Counted from the first letter of the stretch, positions 27,318 through 37,678 are shown. The stretch is 44,973 bases of DNA from Candidatus Bathyarchaeota archaeon (GCA_018396975.1 JAGTQA010000010.1:1-44973); one strand, 5' to 3'. Translations and numbers: made by a program. Notes: generated by a model not told the origin, from the letters alone.

Positions 27318-27989
27318 TCATTCTATGCCTAGGCTCCTCCTAGCATTCGCTATTAGGTCGGCGAGTATACTGTAAACTCTCACCGAATCCTCCATCCTAA
27401 GAACTATCACTGTCTCAGTGTAGCAGCTTATTGTCTCCTCAATATTTATTTGCCTCCTTGCTATGGCGCTATAAAAATCCGCGATGCAGCCGGGTGTATC
27501 AACAATCTCCCGGGGACTCTGGATTATCACGGCCGCCAGATTCCTCTTTTCATCAAGTATCTCCGAGCCTTCGAACCTTGAGCGCATCTCACCAAAGATC
27601 CTTTGGTCGGCTATCAGCGTTAGTGTCGTTGCTCCCTCTAAAACCTGGATGAATGCTTCCGGAAACTCGGTCAGTATTATCCTAGCCCTCTCAAGATTCC
27701 TCCTAGTCTTCTCTAGGGATATCTTCGCCAGATTAGTCCTAATCGTTATGATGCTATCGGCTATGATCCTTAAATGCTCCCTAGACGGCCTATACCTCAC
27801 CCTCGCACGCTTAACCGAAGTTATCATACCCTCCAAAGTTACTTTCCTACCGAGAATCTCCTCGGCTTTTGGCTTTAGTAGGCGTGCAACGGCGCTTAGG
27901 TTTGCATATCCCCTCTCGAGGGCGTCTTGGATTGGTGGATCCCTGTCTATAAGATATTGGACTGCTTTAGCCAGAGATAGTTCGGCCAA
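27318..27989 (-). CDS. HTH + ACT domain protein (putative amino-acid-responsive regulator)
   Basis: N-terminal DALERGYANLSAVARLL helical/HTH-like segment; C-terminal ACT-like IVDTPG...INIEETISCYTETVIV. Confidence 0.7.
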   Translation of the reverse strand: MAELSLAKAVQYLIDRDPPIQDALERGYANLSAVARLLKPKAEEILGRKVTLEGMITSVKRARVRYRPSREHLRIIADSIITIRTNLAKISLEKTRRNLERARIILTEFPEAFIQVLEGATTLTLIADQRIFGEMRSRFEGSEILDEKRNLAAVIIQSPREIVDTPGCIADFYSAIARRQINIEETISCYTETVIVLRMEDSVRVYSILADLIANARRSLGIE

Positions 27990-28083
27990 TATTGGTCACT
28001 TTTAACTCCTTTAAGCCACAATTTTAGTCAAAAAGCACATATATTTAATCCTTATCTTTTTCACCGGTTAATTCCCCGGAGCG

Positions 28084-29298
28084 ATGGTTAGGTTGAGGAG
28101 GAAGATTGTCCTAGCATATTCGGGTGGCCTAGATACATCGGTGCTCATAAAGTGGCTTCAGGAGAAGTATGATGCTGACGTTATAACAGTGACGCTGGAT
28201 GTTGGGCAGAAGGAGGATTTAAAGGCTATTGAGGAGAAGGCCCTTAAGCTCGGAGTCCTAAAACATTACTCCATAGATGCTAGAGAGGAGTTTGCCAGAA
28301 ACTACGTTTTTCCAGCAATTAAGGCAAACGCCCTATATGAGGGGAAGTATCCGGTCAGCACAGCTCTATCCAGGCCCCTCATAGCCTCAAAGCTAGTTGA
28401 GGTTGCTGAGAAGGAGGGGGCAGATGCAGTTGCACATGGATGCACCGGTAAGGGCAATGATCAAGTACGTATAGAAGTCTCAGTTAAGGCTCTAAATCCA
28501 AACCTGAAGGTTATAGCGCCGGTTAGGGAATGGAATATGACAAGGGATGCCGAGATAGAGTTCGCCAAAAAACATGGAATACCAATACCAGTAGACCTGG
28601 ATAAACCATACAGCATAGACCAGAACCTATGGGGCCGCTCAATAGAGTGCGGTGTGCTCGAGTATCCTGAGAAGGAGCCCCCTGAGGATGCTTTTGAGTG
28701 GACCCTCCCGCCGGAGAAGGCGCCGGATAAACCAGAATACTTAAGTATAGAGTTTGAGTGCGGGGTTCCAGTAGCCCTAAACGGTAGGAGTATGGGGCCT
28801 GTCGAGCTCATCGAGAGTCTCAATGAGATTGCTGGTAGGCATGGTGTTGGGCGCATAGATCATATGGAGGATAGGCTGGTTGGGATAAAGTCTCGGGAGG
28901 TTTATGAGTGCCCAGCTGCAACCGTCCTCATAGAGGCGCATAAAGACCTAGAGAAGATGGTTTTAACTAGGCATGAAATCTTATTCAAGCAGCACATTGA
29001 CGCCGAATGGGCCTTCTTGGTCTATGCTGGATTGTGGATGGAGCCCTTAAGGGAGGACCTTGAAGCCTTCATAAATAAGACGCAGGAGAGGGTTACTGGC
29101 GAGGTTAGAGTTAAACTTTATAAGGGTGGACTGTGGGTTGTTGGCCGCTCATCACCATACTCACTCTATGACATACATTTAGCCACATATAATATTGACA
29201 CAACATTTAATCAGGCATCATCAGCAGGCTTTATTGAGCTATGGGGCCTCCCAACAAGGGTTGCCAAGGCCATAAAGAGGCTTGGAAGGATCGGTTAG
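28084..29298 (+). CDS. argG: Argininosuccinate synthase
   Basis: [35 protein letters not shown] and [11 protein letters not shown] motifs. Confidence 0.97.
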   Translation: MVRLRRKIVLAYSGGLDTSVLIKWLQEKYDADVITVTLDVGQKEDLKAIEEKALKLGVLKHYSIDAREEFARNYVFPAIKANALYEGKYPVSTALSRPLIASKLVEVAEKEGADAVAHGCTGKGNDQVRIEVSVKALNPNLKVIAPVREWNMTRDAEIEFAKKHGIPIPVDLDKPYSIDQNLWGRSIECGVLEYPEKEPPEDAFEWTLPPEKAPDKPEYLSIEFECGVPVALNGRSMGPVELIESLNEIAGRHGVGRIDHMEDRLVGIKSREVYECPAATVLIEAHKDLEKMVLTRHEILFKQHIDAEWAFLVYAGLWMEPLREDLEAFINKTQERVTGEVRVKLYKGGLWVVGRSSPYSLYDIHLATYNIDTTFNQASSAGFIELWGLPTRVAKAIKRLGRIG

Positions 29299-29299
29299 T

Positions 29300-30811
29300 A
29301 TGTCCGAGCTGCTTCGGGGCGGAAGGATATCGACCTCTAGGAAAGACGTTATTGAGTTTACTTCATCAATGAAGAGTGATATTAAGCTGCTTAAACACGT
29401 CGTGAACATTAATAGGGCCCACATAATAATGCTGATGGAGAATGGCATAATCAGTTTGTCTGATGGCTCAAGGATTTTGGGGGCGCTAATGGGGCTAGAG
29501 GATAGGCTGGCTCCCAGATCGGATATAGAGGACATTCACATGCTGGTTGAGGAGGAGGTTATAGGATGTGTTGGCATGGATGTTGGCGGAAACCTCAACC
29601 TCGCCAAGAGCCGAAACGATCAGGTTGCAACCGCAATAAGAATGGCGTTAAGGGAGGAGATACTCGCCATAGCCGATGAAATCATGGGGCTGCAGGCGGC
29701 TCTACTGGATCTGGCCGAGAATAATATCGACGTGATTATTCCGGGCTACACGCATCTCCAGCCAGCCCAGCCGACAACCTTCGCGCACTATTTAATCGCG
29801 CAGTTCGATATTTTTGGGAGGGACTTAAGGAGGTTATTTGATGCCTACGGCCGTATTAATCTATCCCCAATGGGCGCTGGGGCCCTCGCCACAACAAGCT
29901 TTCCGATTAGCCGTGAGAGGGTTGCTGAGCTATTGGGCTTTGATGGGCTTGTTGAGAACTCCATAGACGCTGTTGCCTCTAGGGACTTCCTCCTCGAGGC
30001 TTTAGCCGCACTATCGGTTCTGGCCGTTGATGTGAGCCGGTTCGCCGAGGACCTAATCTTATGGGCGTCGATGGAGTTCGGCTTAATAGATCTCCCGGAT
30101 GAGTTCACTTCGACGAGCAGTATAATGCCCCAAAAGAAGAATCCGGATGTTCTTGAGGTTATAAGGGCTAGGATGGGGCTTGTTATAGGAGATTTTGTGG
30201 CTGCCTCAACAATACTGAAGGGTCTGCCATCAACGTATAACCTAGACTTTCAGGAGGCAACTCCAAAACTTTGGAGTGGAACAGAGGTTATGTCCAGCTC
30301 ATTAAGGATGCTCGCCGAGGTTATCAGAAACGTAAGGGTTAGGGTGGATTTTAGGTGTAAGCCCACCCTAAGCTTTTTAGTAGCAACGGAGCTTGCGAAT
30401 ATGCTCACTAGAATCTATAAGGTTCCATTCAGGGTTTCTCATAGGATAGTTGGGGCTCTAGTTAGGAGGTTGGTGGATGAGGGAAGGAGTCTCTCTGAGA
30501 CCACACCAGATCTCTTAGCGAAGGTATCTTTGGAGCTTCTAGGCTCGCCATTAATTGTTAGGGATGAAGATCTACGTAGGGCCATCAGCCTAGATGGTTT
30601 CATAGAGTCCCATAATGTTAGGGGAGGGCCCTCTAGGAGCGAGGTTGGGAGGATGCTCTCGGCTAGAAGGGAGATACTTAATCAATGTAGGTGTGAGCTG
30701 GCATCTAAGAGGGAGAGGATTGTGGATTCGATCACCACACTCAACTCGATAGCCGAGTCATATGCCGCCCAAATATTCCACCCAGCCACCCAAGAGGACC
30801 GAAAAGTTTAA
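29300..30811 (+). CDS. argH: Argininosuccinate lyase
   Basis: EDIHM, SRNDQVAT, PGYTHLQPAQP and SSIMPQKKNPD motifs. Confidence 0.96.
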   Translation: MSELLRGGRISTSRKDVIEFTSSMKSDIKLLKHVVNINRAHIIMLMENGIISLSDGSRILGALMGLEDRLAPRSDIEDIHMLVEEEVIGCVGMDVGGNLNLAKSRNDQVATAIRMALREEILAIADEIMGLQAALLDLAENNIDVIIPGYTHLQPAQPTTFAHYLIAQFDIFGRDLRRLFDAYGRINLSPMGAGALATTSFPISRERVAELLGFDGLVENSIDAVASRDFLLEALAALSVLAVDVSRFAEDLILWASMEFGLIDLPDEFTSTSSIMPQKKNPDVLEVIRARMGLVIGDFVAASTILKGLPSTYNLDFQEATPKLWSGTEVMSSSLRMLAEVIRNVRVRVDFRCKPTLSFLVATELANMLTRIYKVPFRVSHRIVGALVRRLVDEGRSLSETTPDLLAKVSLELLGSPLIVRDEDLRRAISLDGFIESHNVRGGPSRSEVGRMLSARREILNQCRCELASKRERIVDSITTLNSIAESYAAQIFHPATQEDRKV

Positions 30812-30845
30812 ATTCACGTTTCTCCAGTGCTTGAGGAAGGGTTCG

Positions 30846-32015
30846 TTGGAGAGCAGTAAGAGCCCCAGAAGAGCCAGAAAGGCCGGGAAGGCCGGCAAAG
30901 CCGTTCTCGTTCTTGAGGATGGATCCTTCTTCATTGGTAGGGGCTTTGGAGCCGTAGGGAAGGTTTCGGGTGAGGTTGTCTTCTCAACGGGTATGGTTGG
31001 CTATCCAGAGTCGCTAACGGACCCATCATATTATGGGCAGATCCTAACCCTAACATATCCACTTATTGGAAATTATGGTGTCCCAGCATACGATCCCGAC
31101 GAGTTTGGCATCCCAGTAAGCTTCGAGTCCATGGGGATCAAGGTCACCGGGCTCGTTATCCAAGAGCTATGCACCAAACCCCACCACTGGGCATCTAAGA
31201 GAACTCTAGATGAGTGGCTTAGGAGTGAGGGTGTCCCGGGAATATATGGGATAGATACTAGGCGCCTAACAAAGAAGCTCCGTGAGAAGGGTGTCATGTT
31301 AGGTATACTAGAGGTATGCGTGGAGGGTGAGGAGCCAAACATAGATAGGCTACTTGAAGAGGTTAAGAGAGTTGAGGATCCTAATAAGCGTGACCTAGTC
31401 GGCGAGGTCACGATTAAGGAGCCAATTTACTATGACTGTGGTGGAAAAACAAGGATTGTTCTGGTAGATTGTGGTGTAAAGGCTGGCATAATAAGATGCT
31501 TACTTAAGCGCCAAGTAGACATTGTGAGGGTTCCATACAATCTCTCAGCCGAGGAGATCCTAGAATATAAGCCTAATGGTGTCCTAATCAGTAATGGCCC
31601 CGGTGATCCAAAGAGGTGCGTTAGGACAATAGAGGCCGTTAGGGTTCTTGCTGAGGAGAATATGCCGATTATGGGAATATGCCTAGGGAATCAGATTCTA
31701 TCCCTAGCCATGGGGGGCGACACGTATAAGCTGAAGTATGGGCATAGATCCCAGAACCAGCCGGCCTACGACCTAAAGACCGGCCGATGCTATATAACAA
31801 TACAGAATCATGGATACGCCGTTAGGGCAGAATCCCTAGAGAAGACCAACCTAGAATGCTGGTTCATAAACGCGAACGATAAGACCGTTGAGGGAGTAAA
31901 ATTCAAAAGTGGCCCCTCATTTGCAGTTCAGTGGCATCCGGAAGCCTCTCCAGGACCCTACGACACAGAGTTTCTCTTCGACGAGTTTCTTAAGAGGGCT
32001 AGGAGGGCGGCATAG
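30846..32015 (+). CDS. carA: Carbamoyl-phosphate synthase small subunit
   Basis: AVLVLEDGS, GEVVFSTGMVGY, SNGPGDP, GICLG, QNHG and QWHPEASPGP motifs; start uncertain (TTG 30846 chosen). Confidence 0.96.
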   Translation: MESSKSPRRARKAGKAGKAVLVLEDGSFFIGRGFGAVGKVSGEVVFSTGMVGYPESLTDPSYYGQILTLTYPLIGNYGVPAYDPDEFGIPVSFESMGIKVTGLVIQELCTKPHHWASKRTLDEWLRSEGVPGIYGIDTRRLTKKLREKGVMLGILEVCVEGEEPNIDRLLEEVKRVEDPNKRDLVGEVTIKEPIYYDCGGKTRIVLVDCGVKAGIIRCLLKRQVDIVRVPYNLSAEEILEYKPNGVLISNGPGDPKRCVRTIEAVRVLAEENMPIMGICLGNQILSLAMGGDTYKLKYGHRSQNQPAYDLKTGRCYITIQNHGYAVRAESLEKTNLECWFINANDKTVEGVKFKSGPSFAVQWHPEASPGPYDTEFLFDEFLKRARRAA

Positions 32016-32018
32016 AAC

Positions 32019-35000
32019 ATGCCTAGGTTTGAGTGGGTGCGTAAGGTTCTAATCCTAGGGAGCGGTGCAATAAAGATTGGCGAGGCGGCTGAATTCGACT
32101 ACTCTGGGAGCCAGTGCCTAAAGGCGCTTAGGGAGGAGGGTATAGAGACAGTCCTAGTCAACCCGAACATTGCGACCATTCAGACGGATCCTAGACTGGC
32201 GGGTAAAGTCTACCTCCTACCAGTCATACCGGAGTATGTAGAGAAGGTTATTGAGAGGGAGAGGCCGGATGGGATAATGCTTGGATTCGGCGGCCAAACA
32301 GCCCTAAACTGCGGAGTCCAGCTGGCTAAGAGGGGCATCCTAGAAAAGTATGGTGTGAAGGTTCTGGGGACATCCGTCGAAGCCATTGAGAGGGCATCTA
32401 ATAGGGAGCTTTTTAGGCAGACTATGCTTAATGCTGGCATACCGGTTCCCAGGAGCAGGTCTGCAACATCTATTGAGGGGGCTATTGAGGCCGCTGAGGA
32501 GATAGGCTACCCAGTCATGATTAGGGTTGCCTATACTCTGGGCGGTAAGGGTACAGGCGTCGCCCACAACAAGCACGAGCTTGTTGAGATTGTCAGTAGG
32601 GGCCTAACCCATAGTATGATTAGTCAGGTTCTGGTTGAGGAGTATATTGGGCATTGGAAGGAAGTCGAGTATGAAGTTATGAGGGACTATCAGGACAACT
32701 GCATAACTGTCTGTAACATGGAGAATTTTGACCCAATGGGCGTTCACACAGGCGACTCAATAGTCGTCGCGCCCTCGCAAACCCTAACAAACCGCGAGTA
32801 TCATATTCTGCGCTCAGCATCTATTAGGGCTGTTCAAGCCCTAGGTGTTGTCGGCGAATGCAATATCCAGTGGGCTCTGCACCCAAGGTCCGAGGAGATA
32901 AGGGCCATAGAGATCAACCCAAGAATGTCTAGGAGCTCAGCCCTAGCCAGCAAGGCCACTGGTTATCCGCTCGCTTATATAGCCGCTAAGCTGGCAATAG
33001 GTTATACGCTTCCGGAATTAGTCAACAAGGTTACCGGAATAACAACAGCATGCTTCGAGCCAGCCCTAGACTATATTGTCGTTAAGATCCCACGATGGGA
33101 CCTAAAGAAGTTTAGGAATGCTGACCGACACATAGGCACGCAGATGAAGTCTGTCGGAGAGGTTATGGCTATCGGAAGAACATTCGAAGAGGCCCTCCAG
33201 AAGGCTGTTAGAATGCTCGATATAGGAAAGATTGGCCTTGTCGCCAATAATGATGACGATGAGCCTGAGCCCCTAGAAGCCATAAAAGACTGCCTAAAAA
33301 ATCCAACCGATGAGCGCCTCTTCAAGATCGTTAAAGCCATGAAGATGGGCATGTCAATTAGGGAGATTTACCGCCTGAGCGGGATAGACCCATGGTTCCT
33401 CTACAAGATTAAGAACATTATTAATATGGAGAAGAGGCTTAGAAGACTCAAGATTGATGATGAGAATGCGCCTGAAGTTATTAGGGAGGCTAAGCGCTTA
33501 GGCTTTTCGGACGCCCAGATCGCTAAGTGTATGGGTTTAAGCGAGGATGAGGTTAGGCGCTTCCGAAAAGCTCATGGAATAACTCCAGTCGTGAAGCAGA
33601 TTGACACATTGGCCGCTGAGTGGCCCGCCAAAACAAACTATTTATATATGACATATAACGGGGATGAGGACGATATTAAATTTGATTTAGGAAAGAAGAA
33701 GGTTATTGTTCTCGGCGCGGGCGTCTTCAGGATTGGCTCAAGCGTTGAGTTCGATTGGAGTGGCGTCAATACGATCTGGGCCCTAAAGAAGCACGGTGTG
33801 GACGAGGCTATAATGATCAATTATAACCCGGAGACGGTTTCAACCGACTATGACATATCGGATAAGCTGTATTTTGAGGAGCTAACCCTAGAGAGGGTTC
33901 TCGATATTTATGAGAAGGAGAAGCCTCTAGGAGTCGTGGTTAGCGTTGGCGGGCAGATTCCAAACAACTTAGCGCTTAAGCTCTCTAGGGCCGGTGTAAA
34001 TATAATTGGAACATCAAGTGAGAGTATAGATGCAGCCGAGGATAGATCGAAGTTCAGCGCACTACTCGATAGATTAGGCATACCGCAGCCAAAATGGAGT
34101 AAGCTAACCACGATTGAGGAGGCTGAGAAGTTCGCTGAGGAGATAGGCTACCCAGTTCTCGTCCGGCCAAGCTATGTCCTCTCCGGATACGCCATGAGGG
34201 TTGCATATAGCAGCAGGGACCTCAGAGATTATCTTGAGCTGGCAGCTAAGGTCTCACCCGAACACCCAGTTGTAATCTCAAAGTTTATTGAGGGGGCTAA
34301 GGAGGTTGAGGTTGACGGGGTCTCGGACGGCGAGGATGTTCTGATAGGTGCCATTATAGAGCATGTGGAGCAGGCGGGGGTTCATAGCGGAGACGCTGTG
34401 ATGAGTATACCACCTCAGTCCCTAAGTAGTAACGTCATCAAGAAGATTGAGGATTACACTGGTATGATTGCTAGGGCCCTAAAAATTAAGGGGCCATTCA
34501 ACATACAGTTCCTTGTAAAGAATGGTGAGGTCTCGGTTATAGAATGTAATCTTAGGGCTTCCAGATCCCTCCCATATGTAAGTAAGAGTAGGGGCGTGAA
34601 CCTAATAGAGGTTTCAACAGCCATAATGTTTGGGAAGACCCTTAAGGAGCTTGGCCTACTCGAACTCCCACCAACACCATATGTTTCAGTTAAGGTTCCA
34701 CAGTTCAGCTTCATGCGATTAAGTGGTGCAGATCCAGTCTTAGGCGTTGAAATGATGAGCACCGGTGAGGCCGCATGTATAGGTGAGAATTTCGCTGATG
34801 CGCTCTTAAAGGCTCTCCAGTCCGTTGAGTTCACTATACCAAATGATAATGGTGCGGTTCTAATCACTGTTGGCGGCGAGGAGATGAAGCGTAAGATAAT
34901 TCCATTGGCTAAGAGCCTAAGCGATCTGGGCTTCAGGATTTATGCAACTGAGCATACAGCCGACGCGTTGCATAAGGCTGGGCTGAGAAACATCACTGTC

Positions 35001-35300
35001 CTCCATAAGGTTAGTGAACCATCGAGAAAACCAAACATAATAGACTATATAGTCCAGCACAAAATAGACCTAGTCATTAATATTCCAGCCCCAACAGCTA
35101 ACCCAGAGAGCGATGTCTCCGGCATACTTAGGGATGAATACATTATTCGGAGACTGGCTGTTGAATACAATATTCCAATAGTCACAACCCTCGAATTAGC
35201 CTCAGCCATAATTAAGGTCCTCAAGTATAGGAAGAAGAGCGAGATAATCATCCGCTCACTAAACGAATACATGGAGAGCCTACCACTAAAATACTGGTAG
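32019..35300 (+). CDS. carB: Carbamoyl-phosphate synthase large subunit
   Basis: LGSGAIKIGEAAEFDYSG, duplicated ATP-grasp domains (HTGDS/HSGDA), C-terminal MGS-like domain. Confidence 0.97.
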   Translation: MPRFEWVRKVLILGSGAIKIGEAAEFDYSGSQCLKALREEGIETVLVNPNIATIQTDPRLAGKVYLLPVIPEYVEKVIERERPDGIMLGFGGQTALNCGVQLAKRGILEKYGVKVLGTSVEAIERASNRELFRQTMLNAGIPVPRSRSATSIEGAIEAAEEIGYPVMIRVAYTLGGKGTGVAHNKHELVEIVSRGLTHSMISQVLVEEYIGHWKEVEYEVMRDYQDNCITVCNMENFDPMGVHTGDSIVVAPSQTLTNREYHILRSASIRAVQALGVVGECNIQWALHPRSEEIRAIEINPRMSRSSALASKATGYPLAYIAAKLAIGYTLPELVNKVTGITTACFEPALDYIVVKIPRWDLKKFRNADRHIGTQMKSVGEVMAIGRTFEEALQKAVRMLDIGKIGLVANNDDDEPEPLEAIKDCLKNPTDERLFKIVKAMKMGMSIREIYRLSGIDPWFLYKIKNIINMEKRLRRLKIDDENAPEVIREAKRLGFSDAQIAKCMGLSEDEVRRFRKAHGITPVVKQIDTLAAEWPAKTNYLYMTYNGDEDDIKFDLGKKKVIVLGAGVFRIGSSVEFDWSGVNTIWALKKHGVDEAIMINYNPETVSTDYDISDKLYFEELTLERVLDIYEKEKPLGVVVSVGGQIPNNLALKLSRAGVNIIGTSSESIDAAEDRSKFSALLDRLGIPQPKWSKLTTIEEAEKFAEEIGYPVLVRPSYVLSGYAMRVAYSSRDLRDYLELAAKVSPEHPVVISKFIEGAKEVEVDGVSDGEDVLIGAIIEHVEQAGVHSGDAVMSIPPQSLSSNVIKKIEDYTGMIARALKIKGPFNIQFLVKNGEVSVIECNLRASRSLPYVSKSRGVNLIEVSTAIMFGKTLKELGLLELPPTPYVSVKVPQFSFMRLSGADPVLGVEMMSTGEAACIGENFADALLKALQSVEFTIPNDNGAVLITVGGEEMKRKIIPLAKSLSDLGFRIYATEHTADALHKAGLRNITVLHKVSEPSRKPNIIDYIVQHKIDLVINIPAPTANPESDVSGILRDEYIIRRLAVEYNIPIVTTLELASAIIKVLKYRKKSEIIIRSLNEYMESLPLKYW

Positions 35301-35346
35301 AGAAAACGCTCTCCAGACAAAAAAGGGAAATTTTTGAGCCTAAGCA

Positions 35347-35377
35347 GCGTTCCAGTCCTTTGAAACGCCGCGTTTCA
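35347..35377. promoter_or_regulatory. Overlapping inverted repeats GCGTTCCA-N6-TGAAACGC and TGAAACG-N3-CGTTTCA
   Basis: Directly visible 50-80 nt upstream of the ATG at 35428. Confidence 0.55.
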
Positions 35378-35427
35378 CAGTGTTCCTTAACTAAGACTTT
35401 TTGTAAATTTATACTTGGTGATCGGGT

Positions 35428-36753
35428 ATGGCGTGTAGGTGTAGGAGAATTGCAACGTTAATGCTGCTCCTATCTTTGGCACTGGCACCCATGCTGGCCG
35501 CTGCGGAGCCGAGGGGTAACTTTGGGTTAGGCTTGGGCGGATCCTCCCTAGAGAATAGGGCGGAGGCCATGCTTTATGTGGCTGATAAGGCTAAGGTGAG
35601 GGTTGAGGCCCTGCTAAACTCTATTCTCGCAAATGATACATTGAGGGCAATGATTGACGAAGCAGACTTAGCAGATGCTCTAGAGATGGCGAATGAAACC
35701 TTCAATTTGGGCGTGGATACCCTTGAGCTTGCTCACTCATCCTATGAGGATGGAAATTATACGGGTGCAATATCGCTTGCGCTGGAGGCCATGGGCTACT
35801 TCCGCGATGCCTACAAGGAGCTCAGTAATATTTTATGTAAGATAGGGGTCTTGAAGAGCGAGGTTATTGATGGGTGGGGGCTGCTCATAGCCATCCAATG
35901 CGCCCTAAATAGGATAGAGAAGATGAGAGAGGCCTTCGAGAGGATAGCGAATAGAACTGGTATAGACATATCTAACGCCACGGCGAAGCTAAGCGAGGCA
36001 GAACAGATTCTGAATATTACTAGGGCTAGGGAACTGCTCCAGCAGGGAAATGTCACAGAGGTTGCGCAGATGCTTAAAGAGGCGAATAACTTGATTTGTG
36101 AGGCCTTCAAGGAACTTAAGCTTGCGATTAGGGAGATGATAGCCAATAGAATAGAACAGTTTAAGGGGAAGCTTAATCAAATACGCGAGAAAATTAGGGA
36201 GCGCCTCCAAAACAAGGGCATATCTGAAGATGAGTTTTATAGGCGGTGGAATTTTAGTAGGGCTGAAGACTTCTGGAGGAAACAAATGGAAATTATGGAG
36301 AGTATTAGGGCCCGCTTCATGGAGATGGGAAGAATGAATGCGACAGATATGGAGACGATTAGCAGAAGATTACGTGAGGTCCGCCTAGAGCTTGAGGTTA
36401 GACTCCGAGAGCGCGAGGGTGTGGGATCTATTGAGGTTGATGTTGAGAAGATTGATGGGGTTGTTGTGCGTCGGAGAGTAACTGTAAATCTGAGGGTGAC
36501 CGTTAGAAATACCGGAAACATAACGCTGATATTCCCAAACCTAGCCTTCGGAGTCATAGTTGAGAGAGAAATAAATGGCGAATGGAGATTTTACTATTCG
36601 CCCTTCTCAGCACAAGCCCTCAGAGTCCTAGAGCCCGGAGAAACCGGGGAGGTAAGGATTCATCTTGGAGGCGCCGAGTTTGGCAAATATAGGGTAGTTG
36701 TGCAAGCATTTAGGCCGCAGATCACGGGATACGCCGAGTTTGAGCTACCATGA
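35428..36753 (+). CDS. Secreted hypothetical protein: helical-bundle repeats plus C-terminal Ig-like beta domain
   Basis: Signal peptide ending AAA/E, about ten N-x-S/T sequons, Ala/Glu/Leu-rich helices, C-terminal VTVRNTGN...LEPGET...GKYRVVV. Confidence 0.75.
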   Translation: MACRCRRIATLMLLLSLALAPMLAAAEPRGNFGLGLGGSSLENRAEAMLYVADKAKVRVEALLNSILANDTLRAMIDEADLADALEMANETFNLGVDTLELAHSSYEDGNYTGAISLALEAMGYFRDAYKELSNILCKIGVLKSEVIDGWGLLIAIQCALNRIEKMREAFERIANRTGIDISNATAKLSEAEQILNITRARELLQQGNVTEVAQMLKEANNLICEAFKELKLAIREMIANRIEQFKGKLNQIREKIRERLQNKGISEDEFYRRWNFSRAEDFWRKQMEIMESIRARFMEMGRMNATDMETISRRLREVRLELEVRLREREGVGSIEVDVEKIDGVVVRRRVTVNLRVTVRNTGNITLIFPNLAFGVIVEREINGEWRFYYSPFSAQALRVLEPGETGEVRIHLGGAEFGKYRVVVQAFRPQITGYAEFELP

Positions 36754-36781
36754 AAAGTGGCTAGGCCAGCCTAATGCTTCC

Positions 36782-37678
36782 CTACTTTAGTTCAACAACA
36801 TTTTGGAGCCCAACTTTTCTAACCCTAACCACGCCCTGCTTTTCTAGGCGCTTTATTAAGCGCCACATGCTTGTTCTTGGTATATGTGGAAACCTCTCCC
36901 TTAGCTCGGCCTCTAGAGCCCTCCCTCCCCTTTCTTTAATGAAGCGTATGACCTCAGCTTCCTCATCTCTTAAGAGCCTAACCGCCCTCCGCCCCCTAAT
37001 ATATAAGAACATGATGGCGGCTAAGCACGCGGCTGCTATTCCAGCAAATACGTACTCGATTGGAATAAGCTGCCGATACTGTTGGTTCTGATCGGGTGTG
37101 GGCGGTGCTGGTGGGCTGGGCGGCTGTATAGGTATCTCATAGTCGATCTCCCATTCACCGGGATACAGGTCGATCTCAATAATATTGTCTCTAGTCCTTA
37201 TGGCTGATGGAATATTATTAAAATATATTATTGTTGTATTCTCGGGGAATAGGACTGTTAGATCGAAGGGTGCGGTTAACTTCAGAGTCCAGAGGTTGAG
37301 CACTTTAGATGTTAGTCCAGTGGTATCATATTCTAGTGTGACCTTAGCCGCGCCCAAACAATATACCGTTATATTTTTCTCAACTAGCTCGTAATCTAGT
37401 GGATCACCATTCTCATCTAAGACCAATATATTACCCACGGTCTCTTGGGGCGATAGAAGTGGGAGCGATATTAGGGGTTCAGTCTCATTAACGGAAACAT
37501 CAAGGGCAACATGAACAACCCCATCCCTATAAACACTTAAAATAGCCTTCTCAACCACATAGATATCCTCAGCCAGCGAGGAGATAGTGGACGAGAGGAG
37601 AATAAACGCTAGCACGGCGATTGCAAGCGGCCGCCATATACTCATGAAGCCCACCAGAGAGGAGATTTTAATTCCCAT
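36782..37678 (-). CDS. Membrane-anchored winged-HTH regulator (COG2512-like)
   Basis: Signal/TM helix, beta-rich external domain, Pro linker PPSPPAPPTP, TM helix, C-terminal wHTH (EAELRERFPHIPRTSMWRLIKRLEKQG). Confidence 0.8.
   Translation of the reverse strand: MGIKISSLVGFMSIWRPLAIAVLAFILLSSTISSLAEDIYVVEKAILSVYRDGVVHVALDVSVNETEPLISLPLLSPQETVGNILVLDENGDPLDYELVEKNITVYCLGAAKVTLEYDTTGLTSKVLNLWTLKLTAPFDLTVLFPENTTIIYFNNIPSAIRTRDNIIEIDLYPGEWEIDYEIPIQPPSPPAPPTPDQNQQYRQLIPIEYVFAGIAAACLAAIMFLYIRGRRAVRLLRDEEAEVIRFIKERGGRALEAELRERFPHIPRTSMWRLIKRLEKQGVVRVRKVGLQNVVELK

Noticed and set aside
27484-28005. 173-aa plus-strand ORF and the many similar short antisense ORFs in the track
   Set aside because: Shadow frames antisense to well-supported genes; Ser/Leu/Ile-rich composition expected from reverse-strand codon bias
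30762-30845. Long N-terminal extension of CarA, and similar extensions of flaI, flaF, flaB and the dehydratase
   Set aside because: Longest-ORF artefacts overlapping upstream genes or promoters; downstream starts fit the family N-termini better
35349-35366. Origin recognition box (resembles GTTCCAGTGGAAAC)
   Set aside because: Spacing differs, there is no G-string, and no cdc6/orc1 gene or extended AT-rich unwinding element is nearby
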